This document shows, in pieces, positions 50,289-64,000 of a stretch of 64,000 nucleotides of DNA (position 1 is its first letter; each line of letters opens with the position of its first letter). The notes beneath the pieces are model-generated. The model was not told the DNA's origin. It worked only from the letters and a program-made list of their open reading frames with translations, and made no database searches. Position numbers and translations under genes: made by a program. The DNA is from the human T2T-CHM13v2.0 reference genome, Homo sapiens. The DNA lies in the NCBI RefSeq assembly GCF_009914755.1, contig NC_060931.1, one strand, 5' to 3'.

Positions 50289-51089
50289 TAGTACAGGACA
50301 AGAAAAAACTCTGGAAATTTTACATGAACCAGGTCCAAGTTGCCAGCAATGCTGGAGTAATATTTGGATTTAAGGAAGGAACTTAGGGTTTAAATAGTGA
50401 AATGTGTGAAGCATAGACGTTTTTCCTTATTTCAGTCTCAACCAGCAATCATTTAGAAGTTTCGCTTGAGCTTTGCATAAAATTTTCATTAAGTCTATAA
50501 TATAATGGTTTATATACTGAAACAACTTACGCATCCACAAAAATCAGAAGCTAGAACTATTTACTTTTGCAACAGTTACTATTTACTATGTTTGTTATTT
50601 CAGTAAACTTAATTATGTAATGGTATATGATTATGTACTACTGGAGAGCTATACATTATCATTCACCTCAAAAACAATGAAAGTTTTTATCCAAATCATG
50701 TATTAAATAAAGAGATAGAACAAATGAAGATATAAATTATAATTAGTATTCTTGTAGTTCTAATTGTTCATCTTTATATGTAGTCAATACGCTTAGAAGA
50801 AAGCTTTCACTTTTTCAGAAGATTTTAGGTGTTGTTCTGTGTTTTAAGTGAGGAAAAGAAAAAAAATTCTTGTTAAATTCTTGGAAACATAATATTTTCT
50901 AAAATGTTTAGCATCTCAAATCTAACAGCAGTAATTTATAGCAAGAATTTTTAGGACTCTGTGATTTGACTGTTAATTTTTTAATCTTTTTTTTCTTTTT
51001 TACTGTAATGAGTATGCGTAATTGAACTCTTGCAGCCTTTGAACGAGAGTCTCTTCCACTTGTCTGGAATCATATATCTTCAGCCAGAC

Positions 51090-51310
51090 CAGTGATTAAA
51101 AGTAAGTAAGGGGTTTGGTGTCCAACGGACATGGAGATTCTAGCTTTTTTCCTACTGCTTGTTCTACTTTGAGCCTTGGTTTCCTTATCTGTAAAATGAT
51201 AGAAAATGCCTACTGTCTGGGTTTGCCATGATGATTACATGGGATAGTTTACATAAATTCATAGAATCAATTCTGGCCAATAATGAATATCCATTAAATG
51301 GGAATTATTA
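51090..51310 (+). mobile_element. MIR
   Basis: gagccttggtttccttatctgtaaaatg core. Confidence 0.7.
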
Positions 51311-54300
51311 ATGTTATTTTTAACATCACCATTATTTACTGTAACACAAACATACGAATTATATTTTTTAATTAACATTAAAAACAATTGTTTTAAAGCT
51401 AACCTTATTTCAAAATGCATTATGTATGAACATTAGGAAAGACTGATCTCAAGCTGGCACCTGACTGTGTTACGTAGTCCCATGGGGCATCCTGAGTGTC
51501 AGCTTCCCTTGTAGGGTTCACCACCAGGAGGTATACAGCAAGTAGTAATCAGTAGTCTGTATCATTTAAGACACTGGTTCTAGGGTTGGAAAGGGGAATT
51601 TTCTTGTAAACAAGTTCCATTTCCTTCTTTCAGAGTCATCTGGATGTCTGGAAGGTAGAGTATGAAACAGACAAATGGTTTTTGTTATCAAAATGACAAA
51701 TGATGAATGTTATGGTTGGAAACCTACAGCAACCTTTTTTTTTTCTCTGTCTGTTATCACATCCATTATTTTGAATAAAACAAACTGATAAATAGTACAT
51801 CAGTTGTAGATATGTACTATTAAAAGCTGGGTACGTGAATCCTAAATGTCTAGAAGTAGGTACAGGAGCAGACTCTGTGAACCTTCCTTGCCCCACAAAA
51901 GAATGCTCTGAAGTTTTATAGCACTTTTTATTTATGGTCACAGTGATCCACCAACACTAACAAGCATTAAATTTTCTCAGCACTCCTATCACTTTATTTG
52001 ACATGGGAAATTATTAGTATACTATGGCCTAAATATGCAAATTCTGAATTAAAATGTTCAATGCTTATCTTCCTTAAGAACAATTATGTCTATTTAGTGG
52101 TTTCCCTTTTTAATAATACAATAATCTTGTTTCCTGGGGTTTATAAATTGTTTAGGATGCAGTTCTCCCATTTCAGTTGACAGAAATCATGGTACAAAAT
52201 ATACATTACGAGGCTATTCTGTGGTATGCTGTAAATTGCCAAAGCAATTTAAGTGAAGGTCCCAATTAGTATAAATAGTAAGAACTTTGAAGAAAAGGAC
52301 CAGCAAGTCAAAAAATTAGTATCCAGACTGGAATGAAGATCAGAGGGGTGTAAATATGTTTTCTATTGGGATTTCTCCCACAAATGGTTCATTTTCCTTG
52401 TATTTAATGGAAAACATACCACGAGTTGGATGTAAAACCTATCAGAAATTATTCATTATCTTCTAAGATGTATGAGCATATTTATTTATGAAAGATGGTA
52501 TGGAACATCACTAGGGTGCCAGATTAATGCCTATGAGTCTATAACAGTGGCTTAAAAATCCCAAGGATAATAGTTTAAAGGATCAGTATTTGTAAACCAA
52601 GTGAATAGTTTAACATCTAAAACTTGAGTGGTGTTTAAGAATGTAAACACATTTTTTAAGCATTTAATCCAACTTTTGGACCTGACAGGGAGCAATTCCT
52701 GTCATTCCCTATTCAATCACATTTCCAAGCCACTCTGACAATGTTAGTTTGTGAAGTGGAAGCAATGACTTTGACAAAAGTAAATACTTCCAACAATTCA
52801 GTCTAGTCATTTTTCCTAATAGAATGCACGAAAGTTTAGGGTGTGCAACATGCAATTTCAGTAGTGAAGATAACTGACTATGGAAACTGGAAAAATGCCA
52901 CCATCTAAGCCTTCTTCCACTGTTGCATAACAATATCTAGCCCCGAGCCATAAAATTAGACTACTTTAGTGGTGCTGTCAAGTTGCTTGGCAGTATTTTT
53001 GGAATAGTGTTCTATTATTAGGAACACCTAGGGAAAATGTTGAGAAAATGCCTTCAAAAAGTAAAAAGGACATGATGAAGCATGTTCATTCAAATAAAGC
53101 TCATGCATCTACAAGAATCACTTAAGTAAAAATAGTTGAAAGAATAAACCCATAATCCAGTGGAATGCCTTTAGAACTGTTATATCAGAAGACAGAATGA
53201 GAAAAAGATACAGCATTTACTGTATGTAGCTGGTATGGCTCATGAAGTTTATTTTGATTTATCAAATATCAGAAGACACATTATAATAAAGCAACATAAA
53301 CATAGGTTACTTGTATTTGGTTTACCTCAGTAGGCCATGCATTCATTCTCCTATGTGTTTATAATATAAAGTTATCACCTCTGTTCTTTACCTACAGCCT
53401 CTGTCCATTATTGTTAAACAAGGTAAAACACTCTGTTTTCCTGGGCTAAAAGAGACTACATATTCTTGAGCACAACTTCAATAATAAATGAAACTTAATG
53501 AAATTATGGGAACATGTTATTCAGTAATAATGATAAATTGTTTTTTATAGGTTTTGTTCCATGCATATTTATTATGCTCACTTTTTATAAAGTATATTGA
53601 GAAAAAAACCCTAGTAATTTTTATCCAACAATTAAATATCCTCTACAAAAGTATAAATAATTTTGTAAGTTGGAGTTGTTTCCTCTCTAAAATGAATGAG
53701 AGATGTAAGAAGAAACAGAAGTATTAACTGATTTATTTTTAAGGAAAGTTTCTCTTCCTGAATTCCACCTCACAACATCTTTTGTTTTCTCTGGATTCCA
53801 CTCTTCTGATTTGATTTACTTCCACCCCTTTAAATGTCATGATAAACTTCTGGATATAACATTGTATTAAACAACTGTATTGTTAGCTGCAACTACTGGA
53901 ATATCTTGTCATCTTGCTCTTTCAACTCTCTCCTAATGTATACATATTGGCTTAGTCACTCTTCATCAATCCTTTCAGAAGACAAAGAGAATAATAGAAA
54001 GTCACACACAACAATTACTATGTAATTCATCAAATGTAGCCACACTGAATGAAATTATTTATTCAACTGAATGGTTAATACAATGCAGGGAAAAAGCAAA
54101 CAAATTATCTTTTCCTCTCCAAACATAGCTTGTGTATTTACCTAATTGCCCACACTATTATCTCAACTCTTGAGTTATCTTACTTGTCTTGTTCCTTCGA
54201 TCCACAGCTCTTATCTAATTCCTTTGTAAATAAGGCCTCTTTTGCTTTTTTATAACACTTATTGTCTATTCAGCACTTTGATCGCTTGACCTGATACTTC

Positions 54301-54329
54301 ATATTGTGAGTCATTCTTACATTTTCTAT

Positions 54330-54600
54330 CAATGTATAATATTCACTGAGCCTTTACCATGCCAAGCCCTTTGCTGAGTGCTCCCTGTGTCTCATCCATA
54401 CACATTTTTAACAGGCACTGTCCAAGTCTCATGTAATCTACACAACAATCCAAAAGAGGTAGATCTTTTATTATTATCCCTATCTTACAAATAAATATTA
54501 AGTTTTAGTGGGTTATATTGTCCAAGGTCACACAGAAAATTAGTGTCAGACTTGAGCTCAAATCTCTCTGATTCCTAAAACCAAGCTGTTAATTACTATA
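54330..54600 (-). mobile_element. MIR
   Basis: attattatccctatcttacaaat..tgtccaaggtcacacag. Confidence 0.7.
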
Positions 54601-54879
54601 CTGATTACAACTAAACTGTAGTTCTTAGTGCCTTGCTAATGTACCCAAATATATAAATTAAATATAATAATTATTGCAATTTTATAAATTATTTAATTAT
54701 GTCCATTGGAAACTAAGTGAAAGAGGCAACAGACAATTACTGACTACCTCTTTTGTGACGTCCTTTGTTTGCTCATAGAAGTTACTTGCCCATGGTTATT
54801 CAATTAGTCCCTGAACTTATTTGATACAATTTTCTTACAAATGTCTTAGCAAACTAAAATACTGAACATTTAATCAGAT

Positions 54880-55730
54880 GCTGGTGACACTTTCTCTCTT
54901 GCTTTTCATTCATTCTACTTCCTTCAGCTAGAATGTTCTCCATTCTTTCCCACCCCTCCATGCCTGCCAAACGGTTCTTTGATTCCTACTTCAAATATTT
55001 CTTTTCACATAAAGACTTTCCTGACTTCTTGACCCACTGTGATATCAAATTTTCTCAACACTCACAGTTCTTTATTGGTATATATCACACATTTTCCCCA
55101 TAAAGTGTGTTTTGACATACTTGCCTACCTTTCCCATTGAACATAAGTTCTTTGGTGCAGAACATATCGTACTTACCTATACATATCCCATAATTAATAT
55201 TGCACTACCTTGACTATTAGTACTTATTAGAAGAACGATCAAAGATTACACAGTCTCTGATCACTGACATACTTGGATTTTCAAAATTGGCTCCCATTGT
55301 CTTATTATCTGCCACTCCATTCCGTATGAGGTTAAATTAATTTGTTGTTTCTCAGATACACAGCATACATTAATGCCTCAAGTCTCCAGACAGTGTGCTT
55401 CTACTAGAAAGCCATTCTCCATTTTTTTCTTGCAAAACTTTTCTCATCTATATAGGTTCAGTTTAATGTTCTCTACCTGTAAAACATATTTTCCTCATAC
55501 TCAATAGCATATCATAGAATAATTAACAAGTCATTGTCACCTCTGAACTTTATAGCATTTGTTTTACATCTGAATGATAGACCAATTTGCTTTGTCATTG
55601 TGTGGTGTATTTTCTCCAGCACTATGTTGTGAGGTCTTGAGAACAGAGGCTAATCCTATGTTTCTTTCTACTCCTAGTATTATTACAATGATTGCTGCAC
55701 AATCATACTTAATACATCTCTGTTCATTTG
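54880..55730. mobile_element. L2 fragments
   Basis: ccttcagctagaatgttct..; tgtgaggtcttgagaacagagg L2 3' motifs. Confidence 0.5.
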
Positions 55731-55959
55731 AAATTGATTTAAAAGTTTTAAAAGAACATTTTCTAGATGAGAAAGAGAACAATAAGTATAGAAGCAAGAG
55801 TGTAATATTATGAAGACAAACATCAAGAGTAATCAGAGTTACCCCGGACCCCTATACCAAATTGTAACAACAACAACATACAAACACTCACATATTTGAG
55901 TTTTCTCTCTTCTGGCAACTTTCATATCTAGTATGTTTAGTCAATGCATCTCTGCTTGA

Positions 55960-56248
<289 letters not shown>

Positions 56249-56341
56249 TGCTTAGCTGTTCTATTCCTGGTCATTCTCTTTCACCTTCCTTCCCTCTACC
56301 ATTGCTGCATGAAATGAACTCCAAATGGCAATTGGCATTTA

Positions 56342-56728
<387 letters not shown>

Positions 56729-59074
56729 ATTAACCTGATGATACACTAAATCCTAAGTAATCCAAGCTATATTGAAGATTGAAGGTCTGTCTGAACAAAG
56801 ACTGTCTTTTATTTTTGTCCCAGTTTCTTACAGGTCCTGGCTTACTAAATGAAGGATGCATGTTGACTCAAGATGTGGAGGCTATTTCCTTTCTTGAAAT
56901 ATTGTCAGTTTTATTTAGATATTCATTATAATGATTCACTTATTGGTTCCCTTAAGTAAATACATTAAAATAAGCAAAATTTTATTTCTAGTTTTTATTA
57001 AAAAATTGGGAGTACAATACACTTGATTTCAGTCTAACAAAATATGAACTTATGCTTTTTCTTCCATTGAAAAGTTGATAAGGTAATGGTTAAATATCTG
57101 CCAGTGATTTCTTTCTTTTGCCCCCTTTTCTTTCCCTCCTCAAATTTTGTATATGTGTGTATGTTGTCTAGTAACAGTACTTTGAATTTGCGTTGTTTTA
57201 ATATCTGGGTTTACATATAGCATATGATAAAAATATTTTATCATTTATTTTTATTATATCTATTTCCTTTTCAAGGAGATTTGATTCAGGTTTACATGGT
57301 CAAACTTTATATAATGTTACAAATATATATATATATATATAACACACATATACATGAGTAGAAAGACTATATAACAGGAAAAAATTGATATCATGCTAAA
57401 AGAAAAAGAAGGGGATTTTTTTAAAAGATAAAAGTTAGCTGTAGTCAGTCTAAAATGCTACTCTTGGCAAAAGTAGTTTTTCAGAGATAGACTGACGTAA
57501 TTATGTCTAACTACAGCTACTTACATTTTAACAATTACTTAAGGAAAAAAATTTGCCTTTTAATATTGTATCCTAAAAATAATGTAACAGCACAAAGGCT
57601 GAGGTTGTAGAACTGTAATTTACATTTATTGGACTTTACTAAGAAAACACTAGTAGTTTTACAAATTCATCACTGATTATTTTTACATTTAAGTTGCTAT
57701 TTTTAAAAAGTTGTTCTTTGTGATGTGGTTATAATTTATAACCGCAGACAGTCTCAGTTTTTAAGCTAAAACTATACCTCACCTTCACATATCATTTACA
57801 TATACTGATTGCTTCCACATGTCTGGCATAAGGTAAAATAGTTTATGAGCATTGTAGTACAGCTAAAGCCACAATGAAATAAAATTCTTCTTGGTCTAGA
57901 GTACCTCAGAAACTTAGTCAGCTTGGTGCATAAGTGTTTTCCAAAAGAATTCTGTCTTCCAGAAAAACTCTATAAAATCTGACTGTGGTTAGTGTCACCT
58001 CCTTTTCTAATGACGTCTAGATTTCTCAGTCTGGCTTCCAAGTGTCTTCTGTTAGACAAAAGCCCCTTTAAGTTGCTCTCAACATGTTCTTCATTCTATT
58101 TACTAGATTCAGACTGCAGGTTTATTTTCTTGAGTGACTGAATATCCTCTTTCCTGCAAATGGGTTATTTGCGATCACAGGTGGTTCACGGAATTAGTCA
58201 GCTAGACTCAGACTTTATATCTACGAGGTTTCATTCAGACTCAGAGACATATTAAATAGAAATATTGTGTTAATCCCTATGTGGATTCAATACTCCTTAA
58301 GTTGTCATGAAGGATGTTGTGTCTTCATGGACCAAGTCATAACAAAATAATATTCAAGGCAACCATTACGCCATTTTAGAGGATATGTTGTAAGTACAGA
58401 AGCAAATAAAACTAGTCATTTCCTGGTTATTTTTACTGAATATTAAATGACTGACTTTAGTTCATGTTGAGAACATAAATTGGAACTTACAGTCTGAGAT
58501 GCAGCCAATCCTTTCCTGAAGAAACAGGTGCTTCCTTGCTCAGCCTGTCTCAGTAAGTACTCAGATCCAGAAGAACTAATAATCAGGTCTCCTTTCATCC
58601 TCACATTAACTTCATGTACACACTCATGTGATTCCAATGAAATTACACTTAAAACAATTACACAAATTACCTTGAATTTATGCTTAACACACTTAAAACT
58701 GTGTTAAGCAACAGGTCTACAGTTAAGACATTTAGCTTCACCTAAATGAAGGTGAAAGACTGAAAAACCTAAAGTTAGGTTCATTTTTTTCATCAGTTGT
58801 TTACTTGAAACATTACCGTTTTACAAAGCCTCCTCATATCTTCATTGACTAGCAGATATTGACAAATTTCATGTTTTAAGACATTCATGCTATTACGCTA
58901 CATTTCTTTGAAAGACACACACTACACATAAAATAGTTGTCAATTAGCTTTCATTATTACTTTTAATATAATCTCCAAAGCAAGTAAAAGCTAGAGAATA
59001 CACACAAGTAAACCACTATGAGGGAGCAAAGCACTGTAATCCAAAACCTAGGCATTACTAATCTGCCTCAAGGA

Positions 59075-59262
59075 ATTAATAGTTATTGAATATCTTCTAT
59101 GTATCAAGCACTGGTTGGGCACTTTACACCTGTATTTACATTGTCTCTATAACAGCTTCTGAGTGGTAGCTATTCTACCCATATTAAGGAAGAGGAAACT
59201 GAAGCTGAAAAATAAAATACCATGCTGCAGTCCTCACACCTAGAAAGCGTCAGAGCCTATTC
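59075..59262 (-). mobile_element. MIR
   Basis: ttattgaatatcttctatgtatcaagcact..gaggaaactgaagct. Confidence 0.7.
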
Positions 59263-59348
59263 AATGTTTTTGTCACTAGAATGTTCCTCTTGTCCTTGTG
59301 AAATTTTTTTTTCAGTAGCTATGAGTAGCTATGTATGAAAACTCCATT

Positions 59349-59690
59349 AATTTTCAATAGGCCAACAAGTAGGTACTTGGATACTATAAGCAGAGTATGA
59401 CCTATCATTCAATAATAAGTAATAACAATGCATATTATCAAATATATTTTTAATCTGAATATATGAAATTTTAAATTGAATATATGAAAAAATACTTTCT
59501 GACACCTGTGAAATGACTTAGCAAGGCAGATCAGTGTCTGCTTTGCCCACTTGTGCTTCATCAGACCTAAATGAATTTTCAATAGGCCAACAAGTAGGTA
59601 CTTGGATACTATGAGCAGAGTATGACCTATCATTCAATAATAAGTAATAATAATGCATATTATCAAATATATTTTTAAATTTAATATATG
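59349..59690 (+). repeat. 117-bp direct duplication (59349-59465 / 59574-59690)
   Basis: aattttcaataggccaacaagtaggtacttggatac.. repeated; 2 mismatches in the first ~103 bp. Confidence 0.97.
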
Positions 59691-60185
59691 CTATCATTTT
59701 GCACATTCCAAGAAAGTAAAATTTTACCTTTTTGGAAATATAAAAACGCAATAACTCTGGCACAATAGAGACATTCAGCCATGATCTCCTTCTATAAAGA
59801 ACACTAAATGGTATAAAATACATGGTATGATATGAACAAAAGAGCATTCATTTCTGTGAAAGTGTCCATAGTGTGTGTTATGTGTGATACAGCTCAGTAT
59901 TATAGACTGAGATTTGTATGAAAGAAATAAATTACTATACCATTACTAATTTCACTTCCTTACATGGAATCTGCTTAAAATAGACTAAACAGATTCTCTC
60001 AGTATCAATGTGCTGATGTTTATATAGTTGTGAACAGAAGTATTGTCACAGAGGAGATAGTTTTTCCCTACTTGACAGCTAAAGAGAAAGGCCAGTCAGA
60101 TAAGTATTAATTTAGGTCTGATGAACCACAAATGGGCAAAGCAGACATTGATCTGCCTTGCTAAGTAATTTCACAGGCGTCAGAA
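59497..60185. repeat. 80-bp inverted repeat (59497-59576 / 60106-60185)
   Basis: Manual reverse-complement alignment, 74/80 identical. Confidence 0.95.
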
Positions 60186-61305
60186 CGTTTTTTTTAAAAA
60201 AATCATTTAGTCTCATTTTGTTATGTTAGATCTTAAATAGTTGTCTGGAAGAAGGGCTTAAATGACAGAAAAGATGTCTGTATATTAGAATGTGCAAAGG
60301 AAACCGTAATCCTGTACTGACTAGGCACCTTGGGAAGTAAAAGAAGTCTGAGACTCTATTGAACACGGGGATCATGTGGTGAAAGTAAGAAACTCTGTAG
60401 CTCTGGGCCAGTGCGGGAGAGCCTAGCTTGAGATTGATCTGCTAAAAACAAAAGGTTTCATTTTTGAGGGTTGGAAAGTTTTCCCATATCCCAAAACGAG
60501 AATTAACAGGATTTTGTTTTTGAAAGGATAGCATTAAATGAGATTTATTTGGAGAAGTCAAAAGATATAGACTGAAGTACTACCAGGTAAAAAGGTGGGG
60601 GTATGGGTAAGGGGAGAAATCCTTTTTTTTTTTGCAATATACTTCAAACCTGGAAAGATAGAAGGCAATTATATTGGGGGAATCTGTGTGCTGATCAGAC
60701 CCTGCACCCAGCATAACTTTCACTCTGGAGCTTGAAGAAACAGAATAGAAACATTACGTGCATGCCTTTAGAGGCAAGACAAGTACTAAGGTCCAGAGCC
60801 AATATAATGAGGAGGCTTAGTGGAAGGGTGGCAGAAAGGAGACTCTTGGTAACTTTTTAAAGTACCAGTGCCCAGAAGAGAGCAGAGAACTTGGTTAGAC
60901 AGCAACATTGAACAATGGAACGTGCCCTGGGAAGGTCAACCACAAATGACAGATCACAGCCAATCATGAACTGCTTAAGACCTGACACAAAGCAAAGGGA
61001 GAGACTGTCTCTCAAGACCTGTGTCCAAATCCTTTATTCTTGTGCTCTAATAACTGGTGTTTTAATTTCAGTAATTCCCAATTAAATGTAAAAAAATTAG
61101 AAAAATAACGGTATATGACTTTTCTTGTACTTGAGTATTGTGGATATACACAACACACACATACTAAATATAAACCCATGAATTTATGTATTTCTTTATC
61201 TATATACAATTCTTCAAAGTACAAGGAATTATACCATTTTGAACAAAATTCCAGAAGTGACTTTTTTCTGTGTTGCCGGGTACCATGAACCTACAACGTT
61301 GTCTA

Positions 61306-61729
<424 letters not shown>

Positions 61730-64000
61730 TTAATTCTAAAAACATGAAGAAACCATCATTATAAATCATTTTATGTTATAGTTTTAAAAACTGATAATAA
61801 AAGTGTTTTCTACATCAGATAACCAAAATCAACGTCCTTTTCTTTTTTCCTTTGGTAAGAAATAACCCTGCTTCTGTATTTTGTAGATAAATTCCAAAAA
61901 AGAAATAGAGAAGCCCAACTGACTGACCACTCTAGAAGGTCCTCACAAGTAGGTGTCACTTGTCCCTCCTGATCTCACTGTCAGTCAAATATAGACAACC
62001 ACGTATCAACTCTACTCTATGAAGTTCCTAGCCTGCTATGCTGCAGCTCTAAGTCATATAAATTATTCTAAATATATTGCTGTTTTCCTAAAAAGAAAAT
62101 CAAATCCAAAGAAATAGTTTCTGATACAGTAGTCACCACTCTTCTCTACTTTTACCTTCTCATATTTGTCCTATCATTCAAGGCCCACCTTCTTTGGGTC
62201 CTAGTTTAAAAAGCCACCCTAAAATCTTTAGGTAGATGTGACATCACCTTTCTCAAAAATTCTACAATATTCACTTTATTTATCCAAGAATCTATTCATA
62301 AAGAAATCTGACAGATGAGTTATGTGGCTTTATGTGTCTATTTTATACATAGAACGCAAGTAAGAAATAGTTAATAATGGTGCTTTTGTAAATAAAGTTT
62401 GCAGAACTTATGAAAACGTACTTTCATTTAAGCTAGTTCTTAAGGGATAATAACAACGGAACAGCATTTATTCTCTTGAAATTCAAAGTTGAAGGTTAAA
62501 AGAAAACAAAATTTCTGACCCATATTATGAAGATTCATAAGCACTTTGACAGCTTGATTTGACCTCAGGTGTAAACAACTTTGTTTTAGCTATGCCCAAA
62601 TACATTTCTAAGAGTTTGGATTACACTTGGATTACACAATCATTTTTCAATACCACTTAATAACTATGATTTGTACATAATAACAATGCTGCTAGTAGTT
62701 GTCCCATTGTCCTTTCCTGGCAATATTTCTACCATGTCACAATAACTACATATTTAAAAAAAAAAAAAGAATTTTCCAACGAACATTGTAAGTTCATTTT
62801 ATTCTAAATACCAATCTATAGATCTATATATAAGTGGCCTAAGGAAATTAGCCTACTATCCTCTCCCACCCTCTCAATCAGTATCTTAAACAAAGAATTC
62901 AACATATATTTTTCATGTTCACACTTTAGCAAATATTCCCATGGTATTTCCTATCACATCTACTCTCTTGAGTAAGTCTGAGGATGGAAGTGGATCATAC
63001 TCTGAGGCTGTGGAACTCAAGGGCAAGGGAAGAAAAAGGATGACTTGGAGATGTAGCTTAGGGAGCAATGAGCAAGTGTTGCTCTTGACAAGTGTAGGAG
63101 GGGAAGCAAGAAAGGCTCTGAACTGCTAAATCTCAGCAAGCTGTCAGAGAGCCAAGTCTGGATTCTCCTAAAAGTATGGACAATGAAAAAGAACCAATTG
63201 AAATTACTCAAGGATTACACTTACAACTTCATTTGGTAGAACTGATTTGATCTTCACAAACATTCAGATACAATAAGACTGAGAATGGGATACTTTCACT
63301 TATCTTTAGCTACTACTTGGTTTTAGAGTAGAAACCTCACTTTCTTTTCTGGCTGTATATACTGTGACCTGATAAGAGGACAAGGAAAATCTGGGTTTTT
63401 GTCCAAAGGAATGCAATAATTCCTCAGCCTGGTTCCTGATTCCTAGAGCCTTCCAACATATTTATTGTATGTTTCCTATCTCTTAGCTGCAGACTAACAA
63501 ATATGACCTGGATATTTTCTGATTCAGTTCTGGAATAGGTGTGGTTCAGAAGGAGATACTGTTTATGGAGATAGTATTACTCTCACAATCCTTTGTGCAC
63601 TCTTAAATGCCTTGACTGATATCTTCCTGCCCTAGCACCTAACACTAAACTCACTTTCTCTACTATATATTATAATGCACAATTCATTTATAATGAATTG
63701 ATTTATTGTAAATTTTCATTCTTATTATTTCCAAAAATAATTTTGTTTTATTAACAGGCATATTATTTGTTAATTTTTAAAAGGTGTGCCAAATAAAGCA
63801 CAAAATCATTCAACAATGAATAATTCTGTGCTAGCCATTGAGAATATAAAGATGAAAAATACTACATACCCAGCCTTTAGAAACTCAGAATCTGGCACAA
63901 GATGATTCACATAAGCAGTTTCACAGACTAAATGAGTCAATTGACATATTCAATAGAATGAAACTTCATTTGGCTTGCTGATGAAGACTCCAGTGGGTCA

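Noticed and set aside
59349-59690. Repeat-spacer-repeat as a CRISPR-like array
   Set aside because: Eukaryotic intron, only two 117-bp copies, no cas genes; explained by local duplication.
60240-61010. Purine-rich segment possibly from an old L1 5' region or LTR
   Set aside because: Could not assign it to a family by eye; needs RepeatMasker.

Overview
Primate (almost certainly human) AT-rich genomic DNA lying entirely inside the SEMA3A (semaphorin-3A) gene on the minus strand. Two coding exons are present: exon 2 (10847-11004, 158 bp) and exon 3 (5174-5236, 63 bp, missed by the ORF track). Both have canonical AG/GT ends. The rest is intron: about 53 kb of intron 1, all of intron 2 and the start of intron 3. 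The forensic STR D7S820 ([TATC]8 allele) is at 36263-36294. Repeats include about 25 Alus, an MER31-type LTR, Tigger4b, Tigger2a, MER1A, MER58 and MER5 DNA-transposon remnants, and MIR/L2/old L1 fragments. The most unusual object is a TSD-bounded L1PA2-type element (26284-28759) with an internal deletion of about 3.55 kb that fuses ORF1 in frame to the ORF2 C-terminus. It is also 5'-clipped through the YY1 site, and its antisense promoter points at SEMA3A exon 2. A complex direct-plus-inverted local duplication with junction microhomology sits at 59.3-60.2 kb. No novel protein-coding system can be supported, and functional claims below are hypotheses. Repeat subfamily calls and boundaries were made by eye.
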